Below are positions 8,756-21,586 of a stretch of 64,000 nt of DNA, in pieces. Position numbers and translations under genes: made by a program. Position 1 is the first letter of the stretch. Each line of letters begins with the position of its first letter. The DNA lies in the NCBI GenBank assembly GCA_965217775.1, contig CBDCJH010000002.1, positions 4,832,001-4,896,000 on the forward strand, given 5' to 3'. The DNA comes from Acidobacteriota bacterium. GTDB taxonomy: Bacteria > Acidobacteriota > UBA6911 > RPQK01 > JAJDTT01. Below the pieces are notes generated by a model. It did not search any database and was not told where the DNA came from. It saw only the letters and a program-made list of their open reading frames with translations.

Positions 8756-9796
8756 TCAGTGCGGATGGGGAAGGCCGGCCACCTCATCCAAGAGAAATCT
8801 GCGGTACTCCACCGGATCTTCGGGCAGGGCCTCGATCTTCAATACGAAGATCTGTCCGGCGCCGAATTCCAGGTCCTGGAGCCGGACCGCGTCCTTTTCC
8901 GTCGTCATCAGCGCCTCGGCTCCATTTTCATCCAGGCTCTCCAGGGCCTGGTCCAGATCACTCTGGCTGTACGGATGATGATCGGGAAACAGGAGCTGGT
9001 GCCGGACGTCCATCTGGTAGTGCTCCAGGTCCTGGACGAAGAGTCCGGGGCTTCCGATGGCCGCCAGGGCAATAACCCGCCTGCCCATGAAATCTCGAGT
9101 CCGGAATTGTCTCCGGCTCTTCAGATCGAAGACGCCGACGGCATCATGGTAGAAGTAGGAGATGGGCGTCAGCTTGTTGTGTCTCCGGATCACCGCCTCC
9201 GGATCGTCGATCTCACCCAACAGGTGGGACCGGGTGATGACCACCAGATCGGCGCGGCCCATGGCGGTCAGAGGCTCCCGGAGGCGTCCCGCGGGCAGGA
9301 GCTTGCCGCCGCCGAAAGGATCGGTGGCATCCACCAGCAGGATATCCAGGTTGCGCTTCAGCCGCAGGTGCTGGAAACCGTCGTCCAGAATGTGGACGAC
9401 CCTGTCGCCGGCGTCCCGTTCCACCAAGGTTCCCGAGCGGTGCCGATCCTTTCCGACCGCGACGCGGACTCCCGGAAGCTGACCGGCCAGGAGGAAGGGC
9501 TCGTCCCCGCTGCTGGCCGCGTCGCATAGAACCTTCCTGCCGTCGCTGACCACCAGAGTCGAGTGCTCGGCCTTGCCCCGGTAGCCACGGCTCAGGATGA
9601 CCGGCTGGTAACCCGCCTTCTTGAGCACGCCGGCCAGATAGGCCACGAAGGGCGTTTTCCCGGTTCCCCCCACCGTCAGGTTGCCGACGCTGATGACCGG
9701 GTTGCGAAGGCGTCTGCGCGAAATGACACCGCGCCGGTAGAGCAACGCTCTGACCCGCATGGCCAGGGAGTAGAGTTGGGAGAGAAGAGCCCACAT
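8756..9796 (-). CDS. lpxK: Tetraacyldisaccharide 4'-kinase
   Basis: 'VGNLTVGGTGKTP', 'SRGY', 'DDGFQH', 'GRLRE', 'TTEKD'. Confidence 0.96.
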   Translation of the reverse strand: MWALLSQLYSLAMRVRALLYRRGVISRRRLRNPVISVGNLTVGGTGKTPFVAYLAGVLKKAGYQPVILSRGYRGKAEHSTLVVSDGRKVLCDAASSGDEPFLLAGQLPGVRVAVGKDRHRSGTLVERDAGDRVVHILDDGFQHLRLKRNLDILLVDATDPFGGGKLLPAGRLREPLTAMGRADLVVITRSHLLGEIDDPEAVIRRHNKLTPISYFYHDAVGVFDLKSRRQFRTRDFMGRRVIALAAIGSPGLFVQDLEHYQMDVRHQLLFPDHHPYSQSDLDQALESLDENGAEALMTTEKDAVRLQDLEFGAGQIFVLKIEALPEDPVEYRRFLLDEVAGLPHPH

Positions 9797-9802
9797 GCGT
9801 TC

Positions 9803-11221
9803 TCAGGAACCGGCGTCGGGACCCAGGTACTCGCCCACGATGCGAACCGTTCGGCCCACGGCGCCTCGATTGTCGCGAAGGATCCGGCGGGCGTTGCGGC
9901 CCAGTCCCCGGCGGGCCGCCATATTCCCCAGGAGTTCCCTCAGCCGCCGGGACAATTCCCCCGAGTCCCGGACCTGCAACGCCGCACCCCCCTCCAGGAA
10001 GGTCCGGGCCATTTCCCGGAAATTGTGCATGTGAGGCCCCACCAGTATGGGCTTGCCGAAGTACGCCGCCTCGATGATGTTGTGGCCCCCCCAGGTCACC
10101 AGACTGCCCCCCACGAAGACCACCTGGGCCAGTTCATAGACGTGGGCCAACTCACCGATGGTGTCCAGGACCAGCACTTCCAGCCGACCGGGAGAGCCGG
10201 CGTCCCGGAAACCGTTGAGGCTGCTCCGTTTCAGGTGCACGAGGCCCCTCTGCCGCAGCAAGTCGGAGATCTCGGCCGACCTCCGGGGGTGTCTGGGAGC
10301 CAGCACCATGCGGAGATGGGAGTATTCCGTTTTGATCTCGTGGAAGGCGTCCAGAAGCTGCTCCTCTTCTCCCTCCCGGGTGCTGCCGCAGACCCAGATC
10401 GGATCGGCTCCGAACAGGCTTCGAATCCGTCGCGTCAATGCTGCCTGTCCGGGGTCCGGGTCCAAGCTGTAATCGTATTTCAGATTCCCGACCGAGCAGG
10501 TTCTGGATCCAACCGATCCCAGTTCGACGATCCGGGCCCGGTCTTGCGGCGACTGCATGCAGAGACGATCCAACTGCCGGAGAAAAGGCCGCAGCGGGCG
10601 CCGAAAGTACCGGTAGCGAGCGAACGACCGGTCGGAGATCCTGCCGTTGACGAGGACCACAGGGACGCCCAACTCATGGGCGGCGACGATGAACCCGGGC
10701 CAGATCTCCGTTTCCACCACCAGGACGGCCGCCGGATCCAAGCTCCTGAGAAACCTCCTGCAGAGCCAGGGCCAGTCCAGGGGAAAATAGAAGATCCGGG
10801 CCCGGTCCCGGAAAAGCTGGCGGGCCAGGCGCTGCCCGGTCTCGGTGGTGGTGGAGATGCACAGTTGAGACGATTTGAGGTTCAGAGCATCTATCAGGGG
10901 GCGAATCGAGTTGACCTCCCCCACCGAGACGGCGTGGACCCAGAGTCGGGTCCGGGCGGAAGGCGGTGAGGAGAAGCATTCGGGAACCATCATCCGCTTC
11001 CGGAAGGGAACGGGACGATGGCCCCTGAGATAACGAAAGAGGCGGAAGGGGAGCCACAGGATCAGGCCCAGGGTATAGGCCAGCGTGTAGACGGCGATCA
11101 ACAGCGATGGAACCGGGGACGGGCCGTCCGAACCGCGGCCGGGACACCCCGGGGCCGAACCGGCATCTCCTTTGCCGGTTCCACGGTTCAGCCGTGGAAC
11201 CTGTTTCGTCAGGGCGATCAC
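9803..11221 (-). CDS. waaA: Kdo transferase
   Basis: 'WVHAVSVGE', 'ETEIWP', 'GNLKYD', 'APRHP', 'GGHN'; start uncertain. Confidence 0.95.
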   Translation of the reverse strand: MIALTKQVPRLNRGTGKGDAGSAPGCPGRGSDGPSPVPSLLIAVYTLAYTLGLILWLPFRLFRYLRGHRPVPFRKRMMVPECFSSPPSARTRLWVHAVSVGEVNSIRPLIDALNLKSSQLCISTTTETGQRLARQLFRDRARIFYFPLDWPWLCRRFLRSLDPAAVLVVETEIWPGFIVAAHELGVPVVLVNGRISDRSFARYRYFRRPLRPFLRQLDRLCMQSPQDRARIVELGSVGSRTCSVGNLKYDYSLDPDPGQAALTRRIRSLFGADPIWVCGSTREGEEEQLLDAFHEIKTEYSHLRMVLAPRHPRRSAEISDLLRQRGLVHLKRSSLNGFRDAGSPGRLEVLVLDTIGELAHVYELAQVVFVGGSLVTWGGHNIIEAAYFGKPILVGPHMHNFREMARTFLEGGAALQVRDSGELSRRLRELLGNMAARRGLGRNARRILRDNRGAVGRTVRIVGEYLGPDAGS

Positions 11222-11249
11222 GGACGCATATAATAACTTGTTTCCCGGC

Positions 11250-11279
11250 TTGACACGGGATTGGTCCTGAGGCTAGTAT
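11250..11279 (+). promoter_or_regulatory. Sigma70 promoter of the str operon
   Basis: TTGACA-18 nt-TAGTAT upstream of rpsL. Confidence 0.7.
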
Positions 11280-11418
11280 TCTCGCTCCTATCACGGCGTG
11301 GGTGGGTTGAGTGCGGATGCCTCAAGGGCATCTTTTTTTGTCTTAGGGAGTTGGTTCTGCTCTCACGCCAAGCGTCGAAGACGGCGCCGGTGGGCAGTTC
11401 CAGGAGTGGGTGGCATCG

Positions 11419-11793
11419 ATGCCGACGTTCAATCAGTTGGTTCGCAAGGGTCGTAAGCCGGTGAGAACCAAGACCAAGAGTCCGGCGCTGCAGTCTTGTC
11501 CTCAAAGGCGTGGAGTTTGTGTTCGCGTGTACACGCAGACTCCGAAGAAACCCAACTCAGCGCTTCGAAAAGTGACTCGCGTACGCTTGACCAACGGGAT
11601 CGAAGTCACCACTTATATTCCGGGAGAGGGACACAATCTGCAGGAGCACTCCATAGTGCTCATTCGTGGCGGCCGGGTGAAGGACCTGCCGGGAGTGCGC
11701 TACCACGTGATCCGCGGGACCTTGGACACGGCCGGCGTAGATAATCGCAACAACAGCCGGTCCAAGTACGGCGCCAAGCGCCCCAAGGGTTAG
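11419..11793 (+). CDS. rpsL: 30S ribosomal protein S12
   Basis: '[10 protein letters not shown]', '[10 protein letters not shown]'. Confidence 0.99.
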   Translation: MPTFNQLVRKGRKPVRTKTKSPALQSCPQRRGVCVRVYTQTPKKPNSALRKVTRVRLTNGIEVTTYIPGEGHNLQEHSIVLIRGGRVKDLPGVRYHVIRGTLDTAGVDNRNNSRSKYGAKRPKG

Positions 11794-11863
11794 CTGGGTC
11801 TTCAACCGCGGCATCGGCGCCGAATTCTATCGCAGCTTGCATTTGTGTCCAGGAGCCATCGAG

Positions 11864-12334
11864 ATGTCTAGAAGACGGGATGTCCCCAAACGAGACGTGG
11901 CTCCCGATCCCGTGTACAGCAGCCGGTTGGTGAGCCGTTTCATCAATCAGTCCATGGCGCGGGGAAAGAAGAGTGTTTCCGAGAGAAACTTTTACGCCGC
12001 CATGAACCTGATCCAGGAGCGGACGGGAGAAGATCCGTTGAGGATCTTCAAGAAGGCGGTGGACAGGGTCAAGCCCATGGTGGAGACCAAGTCGCGCCGG
12101 GTGGGGGGATCGACCTATCAGGTTCCCATCGAAGTCAGCACCCGGCGGCAGACCTCGCTGGCCATTCGCTGGCTGGTGGGCTATGCCCGGGCCCGTCACG
12201 AAAAGACCATGAGGGAAAGGCTTGCCAACGAGCTCGCCGATGCCGCGAATGACCGCGGCGGAGCCGTACGCAGGAAGATGGACGTGCACCGGATGGCCGA
12301 GGCCAACCGTGCCTTCGCACACTACCGATGGTGA
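11864..12334 (+). CDS. rpsG: 30S ribosomal protein S7
   Basis: '[11 protein letters not shown]', '[13 protein letters not shown]'. Confidence 0.99.
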   Translation: MSRRRDVPKRDVAPDPVYSSRLVSRFINQSMARGKKSVSERNFYAAMNLIQERTGEDPLRIFKKAVDRVKPMVETKSRRVGGSTYQVPIEVSTRRQTSLAIRWLVGYARARHEKTMRERLANELADAANDRGGAVRRKMDVHRMAEANRAFAHYRW

Positions 12335-12386
12335 GAGGGAAGGGCTCGATTAACAGCGGGGCCTGCATCGAGGGAAGATCAGTACA

Positions 12387-14495
12387 GTGGCCACTCAGTC
12401 TGCGCTTGAAAGGACGCGAAATATCGGCATCATGGCCCACATCGATGCCGGTAAGACGACGACTACCGAGCGGGTTCTCTACTACACGGGAATCACCTAC
12501 AAACTGGGTGAAGTGCACGAAGGAACCGCCACCATGGACTGGATGCCCCAGGAACAGGAACGGGGCATCACCATCACCTCCGCCGCCACGACCTGCCACT
12601 GGAAGAATTTTCGCATCAACATCATCGATACCCCGGGCCACGTAGACTTCACGGCCGAGGTCGAACGATCCCTGCGGGTACTGGACGGCGCCATTGCCGT
12701 TTTCGACGCCGTCGCGGGCGTCGAGCCCCAGTCCGAGGCCGTCTGGCGCCAGGCGGACAAGTATCGGGTGCCGCGGATCGCCTTCATGAACAAGATGGAC
12801 CGGTTGGGAGCCGATTTTTTCGCCGCTATGGAATCCATGACCCACAAGCTGGGGGCAAACCCGGTTCCGGTTCAGATTCCGTTGGGCCAGGAGGAATCGT
12901 TCGAAGGCGTCATCGACCTGATCTCCCGCAAGGCCATCCGGTACGAAGCCGAGACCTTGGGTGCCAATTTCGTGGAAGGCGAAATTCCTGAGGAATGGCG
13001 GGAGGTGGCGGAGCACTGGCGCGAGAAGATGGTGGAAGCCGTCGTCGAGGTGGACGAGCAGTTGCTGGAAAAGTACGTGCACGGTGAGCCCATCGACCCC
13101 GACTCCCTCAAGCGCGCGCTGCGATTGGGGACCCGCCAGGGCAGCTTCACTCCCTGCCTCTGCGGGGCCGCTTTCAAGAACAAGGGTGTGCAACCCCTGT
13201 TGGACGGCATCGTCGATTTCCTGCCCTCGCCGCTGGAGGTGCCCCCACCGGAGGGAACCGACCCGGTCACCGGAGATCCGGTGGCTCCCCGAGCCTCCCA
13301 GGATGACCCTTTCTCGGCTCTCGTATTCAAGATCATGGGCGACCCGTTCGTCGGACAACTGGCCTTCGTCCGCGTCTACTCCGGATGCCTGAAGGCCGGC
13401 TCGAAGGTCTACAACTCGGCTTCCGGCCGGAAAGAGCGAGTGGGCCGATTGCTCAAGATGCACGCCAACAAGCGGGAGGAACTCAGGGAGCTCGGCGCCG
13501 GTGACATCGCCGCCGTGGTGGGACTCAAGACGGTGGCGACGGGAGACACGATTTGCGATCCGGTCCGGCCCATGTTGCTGGAATCCATGGATTTTCCGGC
13601 TCCCGTGATCTCGGTGGCGATCGAGCCCAAGACGCGTCCCGACCAGGATAGGCTGGGACTCGCACTGGCGAAGCTGGTTCAGGAAGATCCTACTTTTCAG
13701 ACTCACACCGATCCGGAAACGGGGCAGACCCTGATCTCGGGCATGGGAGAGTTGCATTTGGAGATCATCGTGGATCGCCTGCTGCGCGAGTTCGGCGTCG
13801 GCGCCAACGTGGGCAAGCCGCACGTGGCATACAGGGAGAGCATTTTGAGTATGGCTGAAGGACACGGCCGTTTCGTCCGCCAGACCGGCGGCCGCGGCCA
13901 GTACGGCGACGCCAAGGTCCGGGTCGAGCCCCTGGAGCCGGGTGAGTCGGAAAACGGGTTCCTGTTCGAGGATGTGAGCGGCGGCGGTGCGATCCCTCGA
14001 GAATTCGTTCCGGCGGTGAAGGCCGGTGTGCGGGAGGCCATGGAAGGCGGGATCCTGGCCGGCTGCGAGATGCAGAACATCAAGGTGACCCTGTTGGACG
14101 GCTCATCTCACGACGTGGACTCGTCGGAGATCGCGTTCAAGATCGCAGGCTCCCTGGCCTTCAAGGAGGCCGTCCGGAAAGCGGGTCCCATCCTGCTGGA
14201 ACCGGTCATGAAGGTCGAGGTGGTGGTGCCCCAGGAGTACATGGGCGAGGTCATCGGCGACCTCAACGGCCGCCGGGGTCGAGTCGGCCGGTTGGAACCC
14301 CGAGGAGGGAGCCAGGTGATCACGGCCTACGTGGCCTTGGAGACCATGTTCGGCTACGCCACCGGACTGCGGTCGATTACACAGGGGAGAGCGACCTATA
14401 CCATGCACTTCGAGCGTTACGAAGAGGTCCCCAGACAGGTCGTTGAAGAACAGGTGGCGCGAACCCACGGCCGGATTTTGACCCGGTCAGGTTGA
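12387..14495 (+). CDS. fusA: Elongation factor G
   Basis: '[10 protein letters not shown]', 'DTPGHVDF', 'GMGELHL'. Confidence 0.99.
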   Translation: MATQSALERTRNIGIMAHIDAGKTTTTERVLYYTGITYKLGEVHEGTATMDWMPQEQERGITITSAATTCHWKNFRINIIDTPGHVDFTAEVERSLRVLDGAIAVFDAVAGVEPQSEAVWRQADKYRVPRIAFMNKMDRLGADFFAAMESMTHKLGANPVPVQIPLGQEESFEGVIDLISRKAIRYEAETLGANFVEGEIPEEWREVAEHWREKMVEAVVEVDEQLLEKYVHGEPIDPDSLKRALRLGTRQGSFTPCLCGAAFKNKGVQPLLDGIVDFLPSPLEVPPPEGTDPVTGDPVAPRASQDDPFSALVFKIMGDPFVGQLAFVRVYSGCLKAGSKVYNSASGRKERVGRLLKMHANKREELRELGAGDIAAVVGLKTVATGDTICDPVRPMLLESMDFPAPVISVAIEPKTRPDQDRLGLALAKLVQEDPTFQTHTDPETGQTLISGMGELHLEIIVDRLLREFGVGANVGKPHVAYRESILSMAEGHGRFVRQTGGRGQYGDAKVRVEPLEPGESENGFLFEDVSGGGAIPREFVPAVKAGVREAMEGGILAGCEMQNIKVTLLDGSSHDVDSSEIAFKIAGSLAFKEAVRKAGPILLEPVMKVEVVVPQEYMGEVIGDLNGRRGRVGRLEPRGGSQVITAYVALETMFGYATGLRSITQGRATYTMHFERYEEVPRQVVEEQVARTHGRILTRSG

Positions 14496-14559
14496 ACCGT
14501 CCCGGAGGGACATGGAAGCGACGTCGATCAGGATCGACTGAATCGGAAAAGAGGGCGAG

Positions 14560-15747
<1,188 letters not shown>

Positions 15748-15757
15748 GCCCAACAGC

Positions 15758-16084
15758 ATGAACAACGAGAAGATCCGCATCCGACTCAAGGCCTACGACC
15801 ACCGGGTTCTGGACCATTCCACCGGTGAGATCGTGGATATCGCGCGCCGCACCGGCGCCCGGGTCTCGGGACCGATCCCGTTGCCCACCCGCATCGGCCG
15901 TTACACCGTCTTGCGCTCTCCCCACGTGGACAAGAAGTCCAGGGAGCAGTTCGAAATCAGGACTCACAAGCGCCTCGTGGACATCCTCGATCCGACGCCG
16001 CAGACGGTGGACGCGTTGATGAAGCTGGATCTTCCGGCCGCCATCGACGTGGAGATCAAGGCCTACGGAGCCGACAAGGAATAA
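15758..16084 (+). CDS. rpsJ: 30S ribosomal protein S10
   Basis: '[10 protein letters not shown]', '[12 protein letters not shown]'. Confidence 0.99.
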   Translation: MNNEKIRIRLKAYDHRVLDHSTGEIVDIARRTGARVSGPIPLPTRIGRYTVLRSPHVDKKSREQFEIRTHKRLVDILDPTPQTVDALMKLDLPAAIDVEIKAYGADKE

Positions 16085-16086
16085 CC

Positions 16087-16734
16087 ATGCTCCAAGGGAT
16101 GATCGGCAGGAAAGTGGGAATGACCCAACTCTTCGACGAAGCGGGTCAGGTCATTCCGGTGACGGTGCTTCGGACCGGCCCTTGTATCGTGGTCCAGAAG
16201 AAGACCCCCGAGAAGGAGGGCTACGCCGCACTTCAGCTGGGTCTCATCGAGCCCGGAACCCGGTCCCGGCGTCTCACTCTGGGCGTGAGAGGCCATTTGC
16301 GAAAAGCAGGTTCGCCGCCGACCCGGATCCTGCGCGAGTTTGCGTACGAAGAGACTGAACGGACCCCTTTGAGAGTCGGGGACGAAGTGCTGGTCCACCA
16401 GGTTTTTCAGGCCGACGACACCGTCAACGTCGTCGGCACCAGCAAGGGCCGCGGGTTTCAGGGCGTGATCAAGCGCCACGGATTCGGCGGGGGCCAGGCG
16501 ACCCATGGATCCATGTTTCATCGGGGGCCAGGCTCCATCGGCCAGAGCGCTTCTCCCAGTCGAGTCTTCCCCGGGACCCGCGGGCCCGGGCGGATGGGGA
16601 ACAAGCGGGTCACCATTCGAAATCTACAGGTGGTCAAGGTGGACGAAGAGAACCACCTGTTGCTGGTCAAGGGCTCGGTGCCGGGCAGCCGGGCCCGCTA
16701 CCTCACCATTGTTCGTTCCGGGAGGCGGAATTGA
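16087..16734 (+). CDS. rplC: 50S ribosomal protein L3
   Basis: 'GRKVGMTQ', '[13 protein letters not shown]'. Confidence 0.98.
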   Translation: MLQGMIGRKVGMTQLFDEAGQVIPVTVLRTGPCIVVQKKTPEKEGYAALQLGLIEPGTRSRRLTLGVRGHLRKAGSPPTRILREFAYEETERTPLRVGDEVLVHQVFQADDTVNVVGTSKGRGFQGVIKRHGFGGGQATHGSMFHRGPGSIGQSASPSRVFPGTRGPGRMGNKRVTIRNLQVVKVDEENHLLLVKGSVPGSRARYLTIVRSGRRN

Positions 16735-17372
16735 CGGAGTCGGCGCCGGAAGTCCAGGTCAGGAATCTGCGCAACGAGGTGGTGGAGACACTGGCCCTCT
16801 CGCAGCAGGTATTCGACTACCGGGCGTCCGAGTCCTTGCTGTGGGAAGCGGTGACCGCCTTTCTGGCAGGCCGGCGCAAGGGTTCCCACTCCACCAAGAC
16901 TCGTGCCGAAGTGCGGGGCGGCGGCCGGAAACCATGGCGGCAAAAAGGAACCGGACGGGCCCGGGCCGGAACCATCAGAAGTCCGCTCTGGAGATCGGGA
17001 GGCGTGACCTTCGGTCCCAAGCCGAGAAACTACGCGCAGTCGCTGTCCAAGAAGAAGCGGAGAGGGGCCGTCAAGCTGGTCCTTTCGGACAAGCTCAAGA
17101 ATGAAAAGCTTCTGGTTCTGGACTCGTTGGAGTTGTCCAACCACAAGACCCGGAAATTCGTGGACGTCATGAGCACCTTCGACCTGACCCGGAAGCTGTT
17201 GGTAGTGGATTCGAGAGCGAACCGGAACCTCTTCCTGAGCACTCGAAACCTGCCGGGAGTCAAGATGGTTCCGGCACTCGGAGTCAACGTCTACGACTTG
17301 CTGAACGCCGAGTTCCTGATGATTAGCAAGGTTTCATTGCTGGAACTGCAGGAGGTGTTGCTGAGGTCATGA
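16731..17372 (+). CDS. rplD: 50S ribosomal protein L4
   Basis: '[14 protein letters not shown]', 'FGPKPR'. Confidence 0.98.
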   Translation: MTESAPEVQVRNLRNEVVETLALSQQVFDYRASESLLWEAVTAFLAGRRKGSHSTKTRAEVRGGGRKPWRQKGTGRARAGTIRSPLWRSGGVTFGPKPRNYAQSLSKKKRRGAVKLVLSDKLKNEKLLVLDSLELSNHKTRKFVDVMSTFDLTRKLLVVDSRANRNLFLSTRNLPGVKMVPALGVNVYDLLNAEFLMISKVSLLELQEVLLRS

Positions 17373-17665
17373 GCAAGTACGATATTCTCAGGCTCCCCCA
17401 TATTACCGAGAAGGCCGCCATTCAAAAGGATGAGCTCGATGGCCGGATGGTGGTCTTCAAGGTTCGACCCGAGGCCACGAAGCAGCAGGTGAAGACGGCG
17501 GTCCAGGGAATTTTCGAGGTCGAGGTCGAGTCCGTTCGAACCGCCAACTTCAGGGGAAAGGTCAAGAGAATGGGCAAATACCGAGGAAGACGAGCCAATT
17601 GGAAAAAAGCCTACGTGACCCTGAAATCCGGCCAGGACATGCCGGAATTTTTTGACACGGTGTAG
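17369..17665 (+). CDS. rplW: 50S ribosomal protein L23
   Basis: 'PHITEK', 'WKKAYVTL'. Confidence 0.98.
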   Translation: MSKYDILRLPHITEKAAIQKDELDGRMVVFKVRPEATKQQVKTAVQGIFEVEVESVRTANFRGKVKRMGKYRGRRANWKKAYVTLKSGQDMPEFFDTV

Positions 17666-17670
17666 AACCG

Positions 17671-18495
17671 ATGCCTTTGAAAAGTTATAAGCCCACGTCA
17701 CCCGGCACCAGATTCCGAACCGTTCAGACCGGCGAGGATCTGACCGACATCAAGCCGCTCAAGCGCATGACCCGGGGGAAGAAGCGGATCAGCGGTCGCA
17801 ACAGCGACGGCAAGATCTGCGTCCGGCGCCGGGGAGGCGGCCACAAGCGGCGCTATCGAACGATCGACTTCAAGCGAAACAAGGATGGGGTGCCGGCGCG
17901 GGTCGCCGCCATCGAATACGACCCCAATCGGAGCGCCCGGATCGCCCGGCTCCACTACCTGGATGGAGAGAAGCGTTACATCCTGGCTCCGAACGGGTTG
18001 AAGGTGGGAGACGAGGTGGTCTCGGGACCGGCGGTCGACATCATGCCCGGCAATTGCCTGCCCATCGCCAACATCCCATTGGGAACCATGATCCACAACA
18101 TCGAACTGACCCAGGGCCGGGGAGGTCAGATGGTGCGGTCCGCGGGCGGTAGCGCCCAGTTGCTGGCCAGAGAGGGCAAGTACGCACAGATCAAGCTGCC
18201 CTCGGGCGAGGTGCGCAAGGTTCACGTCCTCTGCCGGGCCACTATCGGCCAAGTCGGAAACGTCGACCACGAGAACGTCTCTCTGGGAAAGGCCGGAGCC
18301 AACCGTTGGCGCGGGCGCCGACCCAAGGTTCGCGGTGTGGCCATGAACCCGGTCGACCATCCCATGGGCGGAGGCGAAGGGAAGAGTTCGGGTGGACGTC
18401 ATCCCACCTCACCCTGGGGTTGGAAGACGAAAGGCTACCGGACCCGAAGGAACAACCGGACCGGCAAGATGATTGTCCGCCGGAGGAAAAAATAG
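17671..18495 (+). CDS. rplB: 50S ribosomal protein L2
   Basis: 'EYDPNRSA', '[13 protein letters not shown]'. Confidence 0.99.
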   Translation: MPLKSYKPTSPGTRFRTVQTGEDLTDIKPLKRMTRGKKRISGRNSDGKICVRRRGGGHKRRYRTIDFKRNKDGVPARVAAIEYDPNRSARIARLHYLDGEKRYILAPNGLKVGDEVVSGPAVDIMPGNCLPIANIPLGTMIHNIELTQGRGGQMVRSAGGSAQLLAREGKYAQIKLPSGEVRKVHVLCRATIGQVGNVDHENVSLGKAGANRWRGRRPKVRGVAMNPVDHPMGGGEGKSSGGRHPTSPWGWKTKGYRTRRNNRTGKMIVRRRKK

Positions 18496-18503
18496 GAGTC
18501 CCC

Positions 18504-18788
18504 ATGCCCAGATCGGTTAAAAAGGGTCCCTTTGTGGACGATCACTTGGTCAAGAAATTGCGTCACCTGAATGAAACCAACGAGAGGGCGGTCATCCGGA
18601 CCTGGTCCCGGAGATCGACCATCACGCCGGAGATGGTGGGACACACGATTGCCGTTCACAACGGCAAGAAGTTCATTCCCATCTACATCACCGAGAACGT
18701 CGTGGGACATAAACTGGGCGAGTTCGCCCCCACAAGAAATTTCAGGGGACACATTCGAAGATCTGAGCGCATGGCCAGGATGCGTTAG
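18504..18788 (+). CDS. rpsS: 30S ribosomal protein S19
   Basis: 'RSVKKGPF', 'TWSRRS', '[11 protein letters not shown]'. Confidence 0.99.
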   Translation: MPRSVKKGPFVDDHLVKKLRHLNETNERAVIRTWSRRSTITPEMVGHTIAVHNGKKFIPIYITENVVGHKLGEFAPTRNFRGHIRRSERMARMR

Positions 18789-18857
18789 CGGCAGCGGAAC
18801 GAAATCGACGGGTCCGGCACCGGCCGGACCGGCGGCAAAGGTTGCGGAGCAGGATTT

Positions 18858-19205
18858 GTGGAAGCATCGGCCACGGCAAAATACGTGAAAGGGTCGCCCC
18901 AGAAGGCTCGTTTGGTCATCGACCTGATTCGGGGCCGGAAGGTGGAGGCAGCGCTGGACATTCTCCGTTTTTCGGGGAAGAGGGCGGCTCGCCCCATCTC
19001 CAAGGTATTGCGTTCGGCCATTGCCAACGCCGAGCAGCAATCGTCGATCCTAGACGTGGATGATCTGATCGTGAAGGAGGCCTACGTCGACCTGGGACCG
19101 ACCAAGTGGCGTTTCAGGATGCGCCCCGTTCCCATGGGGCGGGCCTTCCGCGAGCGGCGTCGCCAGAGCCATATTACGATCCGGGTTTCGGACGGAAAGT
19201 CATAG
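18858..19205 (+). CDS. rplV: 50S ribosomal protein L22
   Basis: '[14 protein letters not shown]', 'SAIANAE'. Confidence 0.98.
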   Translation: MEASATAKYVKGSPQKARLVIDLIRGRKVEAALDILRFSGKRAARPISKVLRSAIANAEQQSSILDVDDLIVKEAYVDLGPTKWRFRMRPVPMGRAFRERRRQSHITIRVSDGKS

Positions 19206-19215
19206 GAGGCGCACT

Positions 19216-19869
19216 TTGGGTCAGAAAGTCCACCCGTACGGGTTCCGCTTGGGTTACATCAACACGTGGCGGTCTCGCTGGTATGCGGAAAAGAACTACG
19301 GGGAACTGCTGCATGAGGACCTTCGGATCAAGAAGAATCTGAAGCGGCAGTTCTACCATGCCGGGATCTCCTCCATCGAGATCGAGCGGATGGCGGCCAA
19401 CAAGCTCACGGTCATCGTGAAAACGGCTCGGCCCGGGATCATCATCGGTCGCAAAGGCAGCGAGATCGACAGGTTGAAGAGTGATCTCCAGACCGCCACC
19501 GGACGGGAGGTCTACATCAATATTCAGGAGGAACAGAAGCCCGAGACGGATGCCCAACTGGTGGCCGAGTCCATCTGCCAGCAGTTGTTGCGCCGGGTGG
19601 CCTTCCGCCGGGCCATGCGCCGCGCCGTAGAGACCGCGGTGCGTTTTGGAGCCCAGGGGATCAAGGTCCGGTGCGGAGGGCGGCTCAACGGTGCCGAGAT
19701 CGCCAGAGCCGAGTGGTATCTCCACGGCCGGCTGCCTCTCCATACCTTGCGCGCCCGGATCGACCACGGCTTCGCCGAAGCCTTCACCACCTATGGCGTC
19801 ATCGGAGTCAAGGTTTGGGTCTACAAGGGCGAGGTCTTCGGGACCGAGGGATCGGCCGGGTCCAATTGA
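19216..19869 (+). CDS. rpsC: 30S ribosomal protein S3 (TTG start)
   Basis: '[12 protein letters not shown]', '[10 protein letters not shown]'; AGGAGG RBS. Confidence 0.99.
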   Translation: MGQKVHPYGFRLGYINTWRSRWYAEKNYGELLHEDLRIKKNLKRQFYHAGISSIEIERMAANKLTVIVKTARPGIIIGRKGSEIDRLKSDLQTATGREVYINIQEEQKPETDAQLVAESICQQLLRRVAFRRAMRRAVETAVRFGAQGIKVRCGGRLNGAEIARAEWYLHGRLPLHTLRARIDHGFAEAFTTYGVIGVKVWVYKGEVFGTEGSAGSN

Positions 19870-19887
19870 ACGGGAGTCATTGAAGTC

Positions 19888-20304
19888 ATGTTGATGCCCA
19901 AGAAGATCAAGTACCGGAAACAGCAGAAGGGGAGAATGACGGGCAAGGCTCACCGCGGCAGCACCATGGCGTTCGGCGAATACGGTCTCAAGGCCATGCA
20001 GCCGGGTTGGATCACCGACCGGCAGATCGAGGCGGCCCGAATCGCAATGACCCGTTATGTCCGGCGGGGAGGCAAAATCTGGATTCGGATCTTTCCCGCC
20101 AAGCCGATTACCAAGAAACCGGCCGAGACCAGAATGGGCAAAGGGAAAGGGGCCCCCATGGGATGGGTAGCGGTGGTGCGGCCCGGTTCCATCCTCTATG
20201 AAATGGAGGGACTGCCCCACGACATGGCGAAGGAAGCCATGCGGTTGGCAGCCAACAAACTACCATTGCGGACTCGTTTCGTGACCCGGCTGGATTCGGC
20301 ATGA
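19888..20304 (+). CDS. rplP: 50S ribosomal protein L16
   Basis: 'RQIEAAR', 'ETRMGKGKG'. Confidence 0.99.
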   Translation: MLMPKKIKYRKQQKGRMTGKAHRGSTMAFGEYGLKAMQPGWITDRQIEAARIAMTRYVRRGGKIWIRIFPAKPITKKPAETRMGKGKGAPMGWVAVVRPGSILYEMEGLPHDMAKEAMRLAANKLPLRTRFVTRLDSA

Positions 20305-20498
20305 ATGCATCCAAGCTGAGAGAGATGTCATTGGAGGACCTGGAATCGGAGGGCCAGGCGCTCTCTGAGCAGATCTTCCGGCTGCGGTTCCAAAAGGCCA
20401 CGGGACAACTGGAGAATCGCACCAAGATCCGGCAGATCCGAAGGGATCTGGCCCGGGTCAAGACGATTTTGACGGAGATACGGCAGCAACGGCAGTGA
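20301..20498 (+). CDS. rpmC: 50S ribosomal protein L29
   Basis: '[14 protein letters not shown]...RRDLARVKT'. Confidence 0.97.
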   Translation: MNASKLREMSLEDLESEGQALSEQIFRLRFQKATGQLENRTKIRQIRRDLARVKTILTEIRQQRQ

Positions 20499-20558
20499 GT
20501 CGAGACGGGGCGGAGTTGCCCGGAACAATTCGCTCCCTGGTCTATCGAGGGAAAGAGT

Positions 20559-20837
20559 ATGGCGACTGAGTCGGTGGAAAGACGGGCGCGAAAAAGGAAT
20601 CGGAAGACCGGACGGGTGGTCTCCGCCTCCATGACCAAGGGAATCGTCGTGGCCGTCGACCGTCTGGTGGCTCATCCTCTCTACAAGAAGACCCTTCGGC
20701 GCACCAGCAAGCACATGGCCCACGACGAGGAGAACGCGTGCCGGCAGGGCGACAAGGTTCTGATCGAGGAGACTCGGCCTCTGAGCAAGCGGAAGCGCTG
20801 GACCCTGGTTCGGGTCGTGGAGAGAGCCAAGGGGTAG
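20559..20837 (+). CDS. rpsQ: 30S ribosomal protein S17
   Basis: 'HPLYKK', '[11 protein letters not shown]'. Confidence 0.98.
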   Translation: MATESVERRARKRNRKTGRVVSASMTKGIVVAVDRLVAHPLYKKTLRRTSKHMAHDEENACRQGDKVLIEETRPLSKRKRWTLVRVVERAKG

Positions 20838-20844
20838 GTGGATC

Positions 20845-21213
20845 ATGATCCAGATGCAGACCGTCCTGAACGTTGCTGACAATTCGGGAGCCCGAAGAAT
20901 CTCCTGCATCTCACCCTTGGGTGGCGACGTGGGACGCGGCGCCAGTCTGGGAGAAGTCATCACGGCCTCGGTGAAGGAGGCCAGCCCCAACGGCGCTGTG
21001 AAGAAGGGCCAGGTGGTGAGGGCCGTCGTGGTCCGGATGCGCAAGGAGAACCGGCGCCCGGACGGCTCTTACATCCGCTTCGACGAGAACGCGGCCGTCG
21101 TGATCAACAACGCCCGGGAACCGGTCGGAACCCGCGTCTTCGGCCCCGTGGCGAGAGAGTTGAGGGAAAAACGATTCATGAGGATCGTTTCGCTGGCTCC
21201 TGAGGTCTTGTGA
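20845..21213 (+). CDS. rplN: 50S ribosomal protein L14
   Basis: 'VADNSGA', '[13 protein letters not shown]', 'SLAPEVL'. Confidence 0.99.
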   Translation: MIQMQTVLNVADNSGARRISCISPLGGDVGRGASLGEVITASVKEASPNGAVKKGQVVRAVVVRMRKENRRPDGSYIRFDENAAVVINNAREPVGTRVFGPVARELREKRFMRIVSLAPEVL

Positions 21214-21232
21214 CCGGAGAAGGGTTTTTCGG

Positions 21233-21553
21233 ATGCTCCATGTGAAGGCGAATGACCAGGTTCTGGTGCTGGCGGGGAAAGACCGCGGCAAGACGGGCCG
21301 TGTTCTGCAGGTGATGGCCGATCGGAAACGCGCCGTGATCGAGAGGATCAACATGATCTACCGGCACACCAGGCAGAATCCGCAGCAGAACGTGCAAGGG
21401 GGAATCCTGGAAAAGGAGGCCCCCGTGGCGCTCTCGAATCTGCAGGTGATCTGCCGGGAGTGCAACCAGCCGACCCGCGTGGGTTTCACGCGGCTCTCCG
21501 ACGGGAAGAAGGTCCGAACCTGCAAGAAGTGCGGAGGCACCGTTGACAAGTAG
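21233..21553 (+). CDS. rplX: 50S ribosomal protein L24
   Basis: KOW motif 'VLAGKDRGKTG', 'GGILEKEAP'. Confidence 0.98.
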   Translation: MLHVKANDQVLVLAGKDRGKTGRVLQVMADRKRAVIERINMIYRHTRQNPQQNVQGGILEKEAPVALSNLQVICRECNQPTRVGFTRLSDGKKVRTCKKCGGTVDK

Positions 21554-21586
21554 CGTGCCGGCAGGGCGGCAACAAGGGTAGAAGCA

